Assembly (NCBI GenBank): GCA_965198175.1
Contig: OZ240245.1
Location: forward strand, 3,328,001 to 3,392,000
From: Candidatus Poribacteria bacterium
GTDB taxonomy: Bacteria; Poribacteria; WGA-4E; PCPOR2b
Direction of reading: 5' to 3'
DNA: 64,000 bases
Shown: piece by piece, positions 30,566 to 40,246 of the stretch
Numbering within the stretch: the first letter of the stretch is position 1
Layout: every line of letters starts with the position of its first letter
Translations under genes and position numbers: made by a program
Notes under the pieces: model-generated
Told to the model about the DNA's origin: nothing
The model's input: the letters and a program-made list of their open reading frames with translations, nothing else
Database searches by the model: none

Positions 30566-31033
30566 ATGAATTTAGAATCGTACATAACCGATAGAGTTGA
30601 TAACCAAGTAGAATACTTTGACCAGCATGCACGTCGGAACCAGAAAATATATAGGTTTCTGCGAATGACTACAATTACGTGCAATGTTCTCACTTCATTG
30701 GCAATCGCGTTGACATTCGCTGCGCCGGCACGATACAAGGTTTATGTGGGGCTTGGGGCATTGGTTCTCACGATGATTGTCCTTGCTACATACCAGATCC
30801 AGGAGTTCTACAATTTTGGGGCGAAATGGGAGAAGTTCCGTTTGGTTGCAGAGCAGATAAAATCTGAAAAGTACCTGTTTCTAAATGACGCAGGGGCGTA
30901 TTGCGCTGGTGACACAGAATCAAAGAAACGCTCCTTCATTGAAAGAATTGAAGGTATCATTCAGGGAACAGACAAGTCATACTTTTTATTGATGACAGAG
31001 CCGGGCAAAGCAATTGAAAAGCATTTACAATAG
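30566..31033 (+). CDS. DUF4231/SLATT 2-TM protein
   Basis: YITDRVDNQVEYFD, two TM helices, WEKFRLVAEQIKSEKYLF. Confidence 0.85.
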   Translation: MNLESYITDRVDNQVEYFDQHARRNQKIYRFLRMTTITCNVLTSLAIALTFAAPARYKVYVGLGALVLTMIVLATYQIQEFYNFGAKWEKFRLVAEQIKSEKYLFLNDAGAYCAGDTESKKRSFIERIEGIIQGTDKSYFLLMTEPGKAIEKHLQ

Positions 31034-31105
31034 CGACGGGAGATCCTCTTGTAATCGCCCGGTGTAACTGAAATTCTGTCGTTAATCCCGCTAAGGAGGG
31101 TAAAA

Positions 31106-31513
31106 ATGCCACAGTTGCATCGTTATAGAATCTTTATTAGCCACGCTTGGCAATACAATAGGGATTATTATCGGTTAACTAAACGATTGGGCGAGGCGCC
31201 GAACTTTTTGTACGCAAACTACAGCGTCCCTGAACATGATCCTGTTGATGCGAACAATAACACGAAATTGAAAGAAGAATTACGCCAACAGATACGACCC
31301 GTAGAGGTTGTTATCATTCTTGGTGGTATGTATGTAGCATATAGTGATTGGATTCAATTTGAGATTAACTATGCAAAGTCTTTGAATAAATCCATTTTAG
31401 GCGTAAGACCGTGGGCGGCGGAGAAAATGCCGAAGGCGGTTCAAGATGCAGCAAATGAAATCGTTGGATGGAATACGCCAACAATCGTAAGCGCAATTCG
31501 GAAGCTTGCATAA
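31106..31513 (+). CDS. Stand-alone TIR domain protein (DUF1863/MTH538, ThsB-like)
   Basis: RIFISHAW, YSVPEHDP, VVIIL, SDWIQFEI (putative catalytic Glu), ILGV, IVGWNT. SD AAGGAGG. Confidence 0.88.
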   Translation: MPQLHRYRIFISHAWQYNRDYYRLTKRLGEAPNFLYANYSVPEHDPVDANNNTKLKEELRQQIRPVEVVIILGGMYVAYSDWIQFEINYAKSLNKSILGVRPWAAEKMPKAVQDAANEIVGWNTPTIVSAIRKLA

Positions 31514-31514
31514 A

Positions 31515-31964
31515 ATGGAAAAACAAAAATTTGAACAATACTTGACAGACCGTTATGAAAACCAACTTAAATGGTATGACAACCAATCTCTGCAGAACAA
31601 GCGATGGTATCAACGGCTTCAATGGCCAACCATTGTACTTTCAGCTTTGGTCCCAGCATTAGTCGTAGCACATTCAGACCGACTCAAGTGGATTACTGCT
31701 ATACTGGCAATTGGTCTGGCGATTGCCACAACGGGGTTAAAGACCTTCAAATATCAAGAGAATTGGGTTAACTACAGAACGATCGCAGAAGCATTAAAGA
31801 AGGAGAAGCATTATTATGATGCCGGAGCGCTTGAATATGCCTCTGCCGAGGATAAAGAACAGCTTTTCGTAGAAAGAGTTGAAGTATTAATAGCAACGGA
31901 AAGTACATCGTGGATGGCGATTCAGACGAAAAAAGAGACCAAAGAGAAAACCAAGGCAGGTTAA
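31515..31964 (+). CDS. DUF4231/SLATT 2-TM protein (second, divergent copy)
   Basis: YLTDRYENQLKWYD, two TM helices, YQENWVNYRTIAEALKKEKHYY, FVERVE. Confidence 0.88.
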   Translation: MEKQKFEQYLTDRYENQLKWYDNQSLQNKRWYQRLQWPTIVLSALVPALVVAHSDRLKWITAILAIGLAIATTGLKTFKYQENWVNYRTIAEALKKEKHYYDAGALEYASAEDKEQLFVERVEVLIATESTSWMAIQTKKETKEKTKAG

Positions 31965-32028
31965 TTTTGTTGCGATACTATCTCCCTGTTGCAAAAAAAT
32001 AAACAATAAACATAGTTGAGAGAAACCG

Positions 32029-34221
32029 ATGCCACGACTCACGGTACAGGAACAACAAGAGATTATCCGCCACCTTGAAGCAGACAAGCCGCTACCTGAC
32101 AAATACCGCTTTCTGCTGTTTGAGGACAAACGCGAGGTGGAATTGGTTTGGAACGGCAAGACCAACACGGTGTGCAACATCGTCCTTCCCTTTCAATCAA
32201 TTGAACTCGTGGATGAACCCCGCGCCGAAAAAACCTCCGACACATCCTTGCAACTAGACCTTTTTGACGAGCGCGGACGTCAACGCAAGGGATGGACGAA
32301 CAAACTGATTTGGGGCGACAACAAGCTAATTTTGTCATCGCTCAAGAACGGTCCCCTGCGGGAAGAGATTGAGTCGCAGGGCGGGCTCAAGCTAATTTAT
32401 ATCGACCCGCCCTTTGATGTCGGCGCAGATTTTTCGATGGATATTGAGATTGGCGGCGATACCTTTACTAAAAAGCCGAACATCCTCGAAGAGATTGCCT
32501 ACCGCGACACTTGGGGTAAAGGCGCGGATTCTTTTATCGCCATGATTTATGAACGGCTGGTTCTGATGCGGGATTTGCTGGCGGAGGACGGGAGTATTTA
32601 TGTGCATTGTGACTGGAGAGTGAACCACTACTTGAGATCTATCTTGGAAGATATTTTTGCTCATTTTCTCTGTCAAATTGTATGGAAACGTTCCAGCATC
32701 CGGAAAGCCGCATCCAAGAAGTTTCTGTCAGTGGACGATTTAATTCTAATTTATCAAAAGTCTAACCAGTACATTTTTAATTCTGTGTATCTGCCGTACT
32801 CTGAAGATTATAAGAAACGATTTAATCAAGTAGATGAGCATGGAAAATACTATTGGATTGACATTGGTACATATTCACAAGAACGTCTCGAAAAACTTAA
32901 ATCAATGGGGAGGGTTCGATTTCCTGACAATCCTAATGCTAATCCAAGAATCAAGCACTATCTTCACGAAGGAAAAGGCGTTCAGCCTGATAATATTTGG
33001 ACAGACATTATCCCTATCAACTCACAGGCAAAGGAGGCAACTGGCTATGCTACCCAAAAACCTGCAGCCCTACTCAATCGCATCATCAAAGCGTCTTCTA
33101 ACGAGGGCGACCTCGTCGCCGATTTCTTCTGCGGCTCCGGCACGACCGCCGCTGTCGCTGAAAAGCTGGGGCGCAAGTGGATTGCCACGGATCTCGGTAA
33201 GTTCGCCATCCACACCACGCGAAAGCGGATGATTGGCGTCCAACGTCAACGCAAGGCGGACGGGGAGGACTACCGCGCCTTTGAGATTCTCAACCTTGGC
33301 AGGTACGAGCGTCAGCACTATATCGGTGTCAATCCAAACCTGCGCGAGGAAGAACAGCAACAGCAATTGAAAGAGAAGGAGGAGGCGTTCATCAACCTCA
33401 TCCTGCGTGCTTACGCTGCCGAAAAAACGGACGGTTTTCCCGCCTTTCAAGGTGTGAAAGCCGGGCGACTGGTGGCGGTGGGACCTGTTAATCTGCCGGT
33501 AACGCGACTGTTCATTGAAGAGCTCATCTTGGAATGTCGCAAGAACCATATCACGCGAGTGGATGTCCTCGGCTTTGAGTTTGAGATGGGACTGTTCCCC
33601 AACCTGCTAGATGAGGCGCAGCGCAAAGGCATTGACCTCCTGCCAAAACACATTCCCGCCGATGTGTTCGACAAGCGGGCGGTGGAGCGAAATCAGGTGG
33701 TGTTCCACGATGTGGCGTATATTGAAGTCAAACCGCTGGTAGACCCTGGCAAGATGGGCACACCTCCTACCGTAGCGGTGGAACTGACCAATTTTTCCGT
33801 GTTTTACTCGCAGGATGCCAATACCGACGCCGAGCAGCGGCTCAAAAACAAGGGCAGCCGAACCATAGTGGACAAGGGGCAGATTGTGAAAGTGAGCCGA
33901 GATGCAAACGGGGTTTTCAGCCGCGAAGTGTTGACTATAAACTGGACGGACTGGATCGATTACTGGTCTGTGGATTTTGACTTCGAGAGCAAACGCGAAA
34001 TCATCCGCGCCCAGCATCCTGAGACGGAGGAATGGGAAGAGCAGTGGACCGGCGATTACATCTTTGAAAATGAGTGGCAGAGCTTCCGCACCAAGAAGGA
34101 CCGCTCTTTAGAATTGACTAGCGTCGCCCATGAATGCAGACCGGGACGCCGCAAACTCGCTGTCAAAGTCATAGACATCTTTGGGAATGATACGATGACG
34201 ATTGTGGAGGTGTCTGTTTGA
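32029..34221 (+). CDS. mod: Type III RM site-specific DNA methyltransferase (Mod) with long C-terminal extension
   Basis: [31 protein letters not shown] (beta-class motif order). Confidence 0.92.
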   Translation: MPRLTVQEQQEIIRHLEADKPLPDKYRFLLFEDKREVELVWNGKTNTVCNIVLPFQSIELVDEPRAEKTSDTSLQLDLFDERGRQRKGWTNKLIWGDNKLILSSLKNGPLREEIESQGGLKLIYIDPPFDVGADFSMDIEIGGDTFTKKPNILEEIAYRDTWGKGADSFIAMIYERLVLMRDLLAEDGSIYVHCDWRVNHYLRSILEDIFAHFLCQIVWKRSSIRKAASKKFLSVDDLILIYQKSNQYIFNSVYLPYSEDYKKRFNQVDEHGKYYWIDIGTYSQERLEKLKSMGRVRFPDNPNANPRIKHYLHEGKGVQPDNIWTDIIPINSQAKEATGYATQKPAALLNRIIKASSNEGDLVADFFCGSGTTAAVAEKLGRKWIATDLGKFAIHTTRKRMIGVQRQRKADGEDYRAFEILNLGRYERQHYIGVNPNLREEEQQQQLKEKEEAFINLILRAYAAEKTDGFPAFQGVKAGRLVAVGPVNLPVTRLFIEELILECRKNHITRVDVLGFEFEMGLFPNLLDEAQRKGIDLLPKHIPADVFDKRAVERNQVVFHDVAYIEVKPLVDPGKMGTPPTVAVELTNFSVFYSQDANTDAEQRLKNKGSRTIVDKGQIVKVSRDANGVFSREVLTINWTDWIDYWSVDFDFESKREIIRAQHPETEEWEEQWTGDYIFENEWQSFRTKKDRSLELTSVAHECRPGRRKLAVKVIDIFGNDTMTIVEVSV

Positions 34222-35093
34222 GATTTTCTCTGCCAGCAGAGATTCACCACAACTACGCAAGTTTTGAAGGATTGGCGAACCTCTATGCCCAGACAAAAGA
34301 GTGCATCTTTGATATTATTGAGATTGACATGGGGTCAACTCAGTGGTTTGATGCCGATATGTGTGCGGCGTTCGGTGCAATCCTCTATAGCTTGGGCAAA
34401 AACGCAAACACAGTCAGATTAATCCACCTTCAACAACACGTCAATGCAATTCTGTCAAAAAACGGCTTTATGAGTCACTACGGGCGTGTGAAACTTCACG
34501 ACTGGTGGGGAACGACCATTGCTTATCAACGGTTTGATGTCAAAGACGACCGCTATTTCTCTGGTTATATTGAAAATGAGTTGATTCATCGTTCGGAGAT
34601 ACCTAAAATGTTGCCTGGCTTGTTGAAGAAATTTCGCGAAAGTATTTTCGAGATTTTCAGCAATGCAGTATTACATTCGGATACTGACATGGGGATATTT
34701 AGCTGCGGGCAGTTTTTCCCTAGGCAACATCGGCTTGATTTCACGGTAGCCGATCTTGGGGTTGGCATGCGTCAAAATATAAAAAATCATATCGGGCTTG
34801 AACTTCCACCGGAAGAAGCAATAAACTGGGCCACTGCGAAGCGTAATACAACCAAGCGTGGCAACGTGCCGGGCGGGTTGGGATTGAAGATTCTTTGTGA
34901 GTTTATTGACTTGAATGGTGGCTGCATCCAGATTGTATCGGATGCCGGTTATTGGCAGCGGAGGAACACTGAAACCGTAACCAAGCTACTAAGTTATCCG
35001 TTTCCCGGTACAGTGGTAAATGTGGAAATCAATACGGCGGATAAACACGTTTACGGACTTGCTTCTGAATTAACCGCAGATAACATTTTTTAA
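34218..35093 (+). CDS. GHKL/HATPase protein resembling anti-sigma-type Ser kinases, with an N-terminal STAS-like region
   Basis: N box [10 protein letters not shown]1 DLGVG, G2 GGLGL, FPGT. No HisKA phosphoacceptor helix evident. TTG start overlaps the mod stop. Confidence 0.8.
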   Translation: MRFSLPAEIHHNYASFEGLANLYAQTKECIFDIIEIDMGSTQWFDADMCAAFGAILYSLGKNANTVRLIHLQQHVNAILSKNGFMSHYGRVKLHDWWGTTIAYQRFDVKDDRYFSGYIENELIHRSEIPKMLPGLLKKFRESIFEIFSNAVLHSDTDMGIFSCGQFFPRQHRLDFTVADLGVGMRQNIKNHIGLELPPEEAINWATAKRNTTKRGNVPGGLGLKILCEFIDLNGGCIQIVSDAGYWQRRNTETVTKLLSYPFPGTVVNVEINTADKHVYGLASELTADNIF

Positions 35094-35103
35094 GGAGATA
35101 GCC

Positions 35104-35493
35104 TTGCCAGAAGATATTCAGATATCCATGTTTGAGACCGTAGGCAGTCCACTTTGCGTCGCTTCCGACGATGGACAGAAGGTTTATGACCGCCTCGCCG
35201 CCGCTCTTAAAGCGGATCGGTCTGTCGCACTCTCATTTCACAATGTCACTGCGCTGACCTCAGCTTTTCTGAATGCCGCAATAGGTCAGTTGTATGGCAC
35301 ATTTAGTGAGGAACAAATTCGTGCTCAGCTGAAGGTAGAAGATGTCGAGCCAGATGATCTTTCGTTGTTGAAACGTGTCGTTGACACAGCCAAGCTTTAC
35401 TTCAAAGAACCGCGAAGATTTGACCAAGTGGTTGGAGGAAAACTCGACCAAGTGGTTCGAGAAACGCTGGGAGATGAAGACGATGAAGCCTAA
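35104..35493 (+). CDS. STAS-like domain protein (DUF4325-like)
   Basis: CVASDDGQKVY...LSFHNVTALTSAFLNAAIGQLYG. SD AAGGAG. Confidence 0.82.
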   Translation: MPEDIQISMFETVGSPLCVASDDGQKVYDRLAAALKADRSVALSFHNVTALTSAFLNAAIGQLYGTFSEEQIRAQLKVEDVEPDDLSLLKRVVDTAKLYFKEPRRFDQVVGGKLDQVVRETLGDEDDEA

Positions 35494-36013
35494 TGCAGTG
35501 GCGGGGCATTACTTCACATCCCAAGACAAACTGTTTCTAGATGCCAATATCTGGGTGTATATCTTCGGCCCACAGAAACCGGGGAATCGTTGGGTGAAGA
35601 TTTACTCCACGGCTTTTAGCCGTATTTTGAATGCAAAAAGCGAAATTTATATTGATGTCCTCGTCGTTTCAGAATTTATCAACGTATGTGCCAGAGAGAA
35701 GTCGAAATTTTTCCCATGGCCTATGGGCGATTTCAAAAAGTTTCGCAAAAGCCGACGTTTCAAACCGATTGCTCAAGGTATTGTCGCCGATGTCAAGCGT
35801 ATTCTGAAGCATTGTTTACTGATAGAAAGTGGCTTTGCAACATTGGAATTTGATGACTTGCTTGATGAGTATGCCCACGGCAATTCTGATTTCAATGACC
35901 AAGTTATAACGGAACTCTGCAAAACCAACGGACTGACACTGATAACCAATGACAGCGATTTCAGAAGTCAAGTAATCCCCGTTTTGACTGCAAATAAATC
36001 TCTGCTGCGTTAA
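35483..36013 (+). CDS. PIN domain ribonuclease (VapC-like)
   Basis: LFLDANIW, VVSEFIN, DFNDQVI, LITNDSDF. Start overlaps the STAS gene stop. Confidence 0.88.
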   Translation: MKPNAVAGHYFTSQDKLFLDANIWVYIFGPQKPGNRWVKIYSTAFSRILNAKSEIYIDVLVVSEFINVCAREKSKFFPWPMGDFKKFRKSRRFKPIAQGIVADVKRILKHCLLIESGFATLEFDDLLDEYAHGNSDFNDQVITELCKTNGLTLITNDSDFRSQVIPVLTANKSLLR

Positions 36014-36070
36014 TTGACAGATTCTCACTACGACTTCGCAAAAATAATCCTTGACCTACCTTACGCAAGC

Positions 36071-36136
36071 CTCGCTGTCAAGGTGGTGGATATCTTTGGG
36101 AATGATACGATGACGATTGTGGAGGTGTCGACGTGA
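36071..36136 (+). repeat. Duplicate of the last 21 codons plus stop of mod (34156-34221)
   Basis: [21 protein letters not shown] versus [21 protein letters not shown]. 57 of 66 nt identical, with a 38-bp perfect core ATCTTTGGGAATGATACGATGACGATTGTGGAGGTGTC. Confidence 0.93.
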
Positions 36137-37527
36137 GTATGAAAATACGTTTGAAAAATCTTGGAGTGTTAAAGCAGGCAGAGTTTTCTCTGGGTGATTT
36201 GACCATCATCTGCGGCAAAAATAATACCGGCAAAACCTATGCGACCTATGCACTATACGGCTTCTTGAATTCTTGGCGTAAACTGATTTTCTTTGCGGGG
36301 TTGGATACTCAACGCCAAAGCTTGCTTACAGATGGAGTCCTCAAGATTGGGTTGGGCGAATATGTCGAGAAAGCCGATCGGCTGCTTGCTGACATGTATG
36401 CGAGATATACCAACCAACTAGATAGGATTTTTGCAGCATCTGAAGGCCAGTTTAGTAGAAGTGAGTTTCAAATCGAGACGGGGGTAATTGACATACGCCA
36501 TACGGAGTTTAATCGCGAAATCGGGCTCACCGAAGAAGGTTTTTTGACCTATTCAAAGCAGAAGGGTAGTGAGGAGCTGAAAATCACTTTGGCGGTGAAA
36601 AGAGACGGTGAAAGAAAATTCGATCCTGATTATACCGAAGCGGCTATTAGCCTGATTCTCAAGGAAGTTATTTTTTCCGACTGTTTCCCTAGCCCCTTTA
36701 TCTCCTCCGCCGAACGCACTGGAGTGGCTATTTTTCGGAAAGAACTCAACTTTGCTCGAAATCGCCTTCTTGAAGAAATGGGGCGAGTTGACAAGAAGAT
36801 TAATCCGAGAGAACTACTATTCAAAGCCTACCAAAGTTACCCTCTGCCAGTAGAAGAGAATGTGGATTTTATACGCCAACTTGAGGACATTACAAAAAGA
36901 AAAAGTTACATCGCTAAGGAACAGTCCGAAGTACTGGGACACTTTGCTGACATTATCGGTGGCGAATATGCTATAACACAGGACGATCAACTCTACTTCA
37001 TCCCCAAGGGTACGCGACTTAAATTGACGATGGTGGAAAGTTCAAGCGCTGTGCGTTCACTCTTGGATATCGGTTTTTATCTGCGTCATGTTGCTCAAAA
37101 GGGCGATTTACTTATGGTAGACGAGCCGGAATTAAACCTGCATCCAGAGAACCAACGCCGCATCGCCCGTCTTTTTGCGCGTCTAGTGAATTTGGGTGTT
37201 AAGGTTTTTATCACCACCCACAGCGATTACATTGTTAAGGAACTAAACACCCTCATCATGCTCAATCACGACAAGCCACATCTGAAAAGAATTGCCGAAG
37301 AAAACGGCTATCGACAATCTGAGTTAATCTGTTCAAATCAAGTCAAGGTCTACATGGCTCAAGAGGAGTTGATGCCATTAGAGGAGGGGCAGAAGAGACG
37401 GAGAAGGGGTTATACACTCGTGCCAGCTGATATTGACCCAGAGCTTGGCATTGAAGCGCCTAGCTTTGACGAGACCATTGACGACATGAATAAGATTCTA
37501 GAAGACATCGTGTGGGGTGCGGAGTAA
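36133..37527 (+). CDS. ABC-type ATPase (AAA_15/AAA_21, defence-associated type)
   Basis: CGKNNTGKT, SAERTG, SSSAVRSL, LLMVDEPELNLHPENQ, ITTHSDY. Confidence 0.88.
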   Translation: MSMKIRLKNLGVLKQAEFSLGDLTIICGKNNTGKTYATYALYGFLNSWRKLIFFAGLDTQRQSLLTDGVLKIGLGEYVEKADRLLADMYARYTNQLDRIFAASEGQFSRSEFQIETGVIDIRHTEFNREIGLTEEGFLTYSKQKGSEELKITLAVKRDGERKFDPDYTEAAISLILKEVIFSDCFPSPFISSAERTGVAIFRKELNFARNRLLEEMGRVDKKINPRELLFKAYQSYPLPVEENVDFIRQLEDITKRKSYIAKEQSEVLGHFADIIGGEYAITQDDQLYFIPKGTRLKLTMVESSSAVRSLLDIGFYLRHVAQKGDLLMVDEPELNLHPENQRRIARLFARLVNLGVKVFITTHSDYIVKELNTLIMLNHDKPHLKRIAEENGYRQSELICSNQVKVYMAQEELMPLEEGQKRRRRGYTLVPADIDPELGIEAPSFDETIDDMNKILEDIVWGAE

Positions 37528-37532
37528 GGTTC

Positions 37533-38108
37533 GTGAATGATATTGAAATATTACAGGAAATGCTCGTCCCTGATGCGCAAGTCCCGTTACAACAAGGGCA
37601 AGGTAAGTCCTCTGTCCAACTAAAAGATGAGCAAGCCGGGACAATTGTTGAGATCAAAGGTCTACCTCGTGACTCAATTGTCATCAGAGCGGAAGCTTTC
37701 GAAGATTCGCTTAAACTCTTTGAGGGTTCAAAGGGCGAGCGCAGACGTGCTGATTTTGTGATTATATCCATCGATTCAAGAAAGTGGATCGTATGTATTG
37801 AAACTCAAAAAAGCAACTACAAATCCCCAAAGGAAGTCATTGAGCAACTAAAAGGCACCCTATGTTTTGTGAGTTACTGTAAATGTATTGGAAGGGAATT
37901 CTGGCTAGAGAAAGAATTTCTTGATGACTACTACTACCGATTTGTAAGCATGGTAGATGTTGACACTAACAAGGAAACGAAAAAAACGCGACCCTATTCG
38001 CCCCACATTCAGTCCAAAGGGAAATTACATGACAGCCCTGCCGCTTTTTTGAAAATTTATCGGAGACCGAGTCTTTATTTTCGTAAGTTGCTTTCTAAGG
38101 TGCCCTAA
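37533..38108 (+). CDS. Hypothetical protein, putative PD-(D/E)XK-like nuclease partner of the ATPase
   Basis: RRADFVII...IVCIETQK...EQLK pattern. GTG start 5 bp after the ATPase stop. Confidence 0.6.
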   Translation: MNDIEILQEMLVPDAQVPLQQGQGKSSVQLKDEQAGTIVEIKGLPRDSIVIRAEAFEDSLKLFEGSKGERRRADFVIISIDSRKWIVCIETQKSNYKSPKEVIEQLKGTLCFVSYCKCIGREFWLEKEFLDDYYYRFVSMVDVDTNKETKKTRPYSPHIQSKGKLHDSPAAFLKIYRRPSLYFRKLLSKVP

Positions 38109-38125
38109 TGGCACCAAGATGACCT

Positions 38126-39913
38126 ATGATTCCCATCTTTACACACCCACTCGGCTTCCTCTCACTATTGGCAATTCCTGGACTTGTCGGTATCTATTTG
38201 CTACGCACCCGATCGCGTCGGTACCCGGTGTCCAGCTTGATGCTGTGGGTGAACCAGCGACAGGCGCGTAAAGGCGGTTTGCGCGTCGAGCGGTTGCAAA
38301 CACCGCTCCTATTCTTTCTGGAGTTGCTCACCATTTTACTGCTCGTTCTCGCAGTGGCAGCCCCAATCATTCGGACAGCGCGGGGCGCGATACCGCTAAT
38401 CGTCGTGCTCGACGATTCCTACTCAATGCTGGCTGGCGCCGATGATACCCCTAGGAGTCGGGCGATTGCTGCGCTTGAGAAGGAGCTTGACACTGAAGGG
38501 TTGAATCCGCTTGTAAACCGCCGGTACGCGGTGCGCTACGTGCTCGCGGGTGCAGAGCCGCAGATTTTGAGTGAAGCGGCGAAAACCGCGCGTGAAGCAA
38601 CCGCGCAGCTTGAAGACTGGAGGTGTCTTTCGCCATTTGCGGACTTAGGGGGGGCGATAGCGTTCGCCGCCGAACTTGGGGGACCGAAGACTCCCATCCT
38701 AGTCCTTACCGATGAACCGCCCTCCCAAACGCTGGACGGGGAGCGCATTCAGTGGTGGGGCTTCGGAATCCGTCAACCGAACGTCGCGTTCGTCAACGCG
38801 ACCCGATCTGCCGCCGATACGGGTGAACGTTGTCTGTTTGAAATTACCAATCTCTCACCGAACACGAGGGCTACAGAGTTTGTTGTAACCGCTAATGGCG
38901 CCACCGTGCAACAACCTACCTCACCGCTACGCCGTTCCACTCTCGAACTCGGTCCGATGGCGACACACCGGATTATCATGAACCTTTTGCCGGAGGCGCC
39001 GCCGTTACGAGCGCGAATCGGCGATGATACGCTTGCAATCGACAACGAAGTTGTGCTCTTGCCGCAACGCCAAAAGCCGGTGCGCGTGGATGTCCGTATT
39101 CGAGACCCGCAGATCCGTTCGTTAGTTGAGAATGCGCTCGCGTCAACGGATAGAAGTACCCCGGCAATTGGCCGCCCCGAGTTGGTGTTTCTTGATGATA
39201 CAACGGTATCCGATGTCTTCTCGGGGGCGTGGTATATGTACGTAATCAGCGAACCGGAGGCGTCGGCTTATCTCGGTCCATTTGTCGTCGATCAGAGGCA
39301 CCCGTTGACCGAGGGGCTTTCGTTCAACGGCGTCGTGTGGGGCGCCGGTGTGACCGAGGCGTTTATGGGGCGCCCAATTATCACCGCCGGAAACGTCCCG
39401 CTATTGACAGATACAGAGCGTTTCACGGGCAGTCACGAACTCCGATTGCGCCTTCGTCCGGACCTGTCAACCCTCCAACGTTCTCCTAACTGGCCCGCAT
39501 TGATGTGGAATCTCCTTCAGTGGCGTGCCTCCGAAACCCCCGGATTAGACCGCGCCAACCTTCGGCTAGGTGAAACCGCTGTGCTGACAACCGAGCTGGG
39601 TACGGAATCTGTGCAGGTTGTTTCACCCAATGGCGCGATGCGGGAACAACCTGTGGTGGACCGGACGATAAACGTCAAGACTAAGTCGGTCGGCGTCTAC
39701 GAATTTCTGACCGACACAGGCAGATATGTGTTCGCCTCAAACGCACTACACCAGGAAGAGTCAGACCTTACGAACAAGGCGACGGGGCGTTGGGGCGATT
39801 GGGGAGACACAACCTTGCGGTGGTGGGGCTACCAGAGTTTTTCATGGTTCTTCCTGCTGCTCGCGATCGGCATCTTAACGCTGCACCTGCTTTTCTCGAA
39901 ACGTGAAACGTAG
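38126..39913 (+). CDS. BatA/vWA domain membrane protein
   Basis: FTHPLGFLSLLAIP...VSSLMLW N-terminal double-TM region, MIDAS-like LDDSYSM, C-terminal TM. Confidence 0.85.
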   Translation: MIPIFTHPLGFLSLLAIPGLVGIYLLRTRSRRYPVSSLMLWVNQRQARKGGLRVERLQTPLLFFLELLTILLLVLAVAAPIIRTARGAIPLIVVLDDSYSMLAGADDTPRSRAIAALEKELDTEGLNPLVNRRYAVRYVLAGAEPQILSEAAKTAREATAQLEDWRCLSPFADLGGAIAFAAELGGPKTPILVLTDEPPSQTLDGERIQWWGFGIRQPNVAFVNATRSAADTGERCLFEITNLSPNTRATEFVVTANGATVQQPTSPLRRSTLELGPMATHRIIMNLLPEAPPLRARIGDDTLAIDNEVVLLPQRQKPVRVDVRIRDPQIRSLVENALASTDRSTPAIGRPELVFLDDTTVSDVFSGAWYMYVISEPEASAYLGPFVVDQRHPLTEGLSFNGVVWGAGVTEAFMGRPIITAGNVPLLTDTERFTGSHELRLRLRPDLSTLQRSPNWPALMWNLLQWRASETPGLDRANLRLGETAVLTTELGTESVQVVSPNGAMREQPVVDRTINVKTKSVGVYEFLTDTGRYVFASNALHQEESDLTNKATGRWGDWGDTTLRWWGYQSFSWFFLLLAIGILTLHLLFSKRET

Positions 39914-40246
39914 CACGCCCAGTTCCGTTATTTCTTCATACAAGTCAAGGCTTAAAACCGCGTATTTCGCCATTCCGACCCCAACAAGCCCAACATTTTT
40001 TCCCGTTTTACAATCGCTCCGACGAAGGTTGCATTGTTACCGCTGTCAGCATCTGCACTGGGCGGGCTCCCTCCCCTTAAAGGATTTCCTGACGATACCC
40101 CTCGTGCGACAGATAAGGAATCCGCAAGAGTCAACCGGTTTTTGAAACCAGAAACCTACGGCTGCGTAGACGATTACCACAGGACAGAAGCAGTAAAGTA
40201 TTAGGTCAGGTTTAACAGAGTAAAACTCTACGCTAAGCCGCACGAG

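Noticed and set aside
25819..38108. Prophage, ICE or integron as carrier of the defence island
   Set aside because: No integrase, transposase, attC-like repeats or phage genes were seen.
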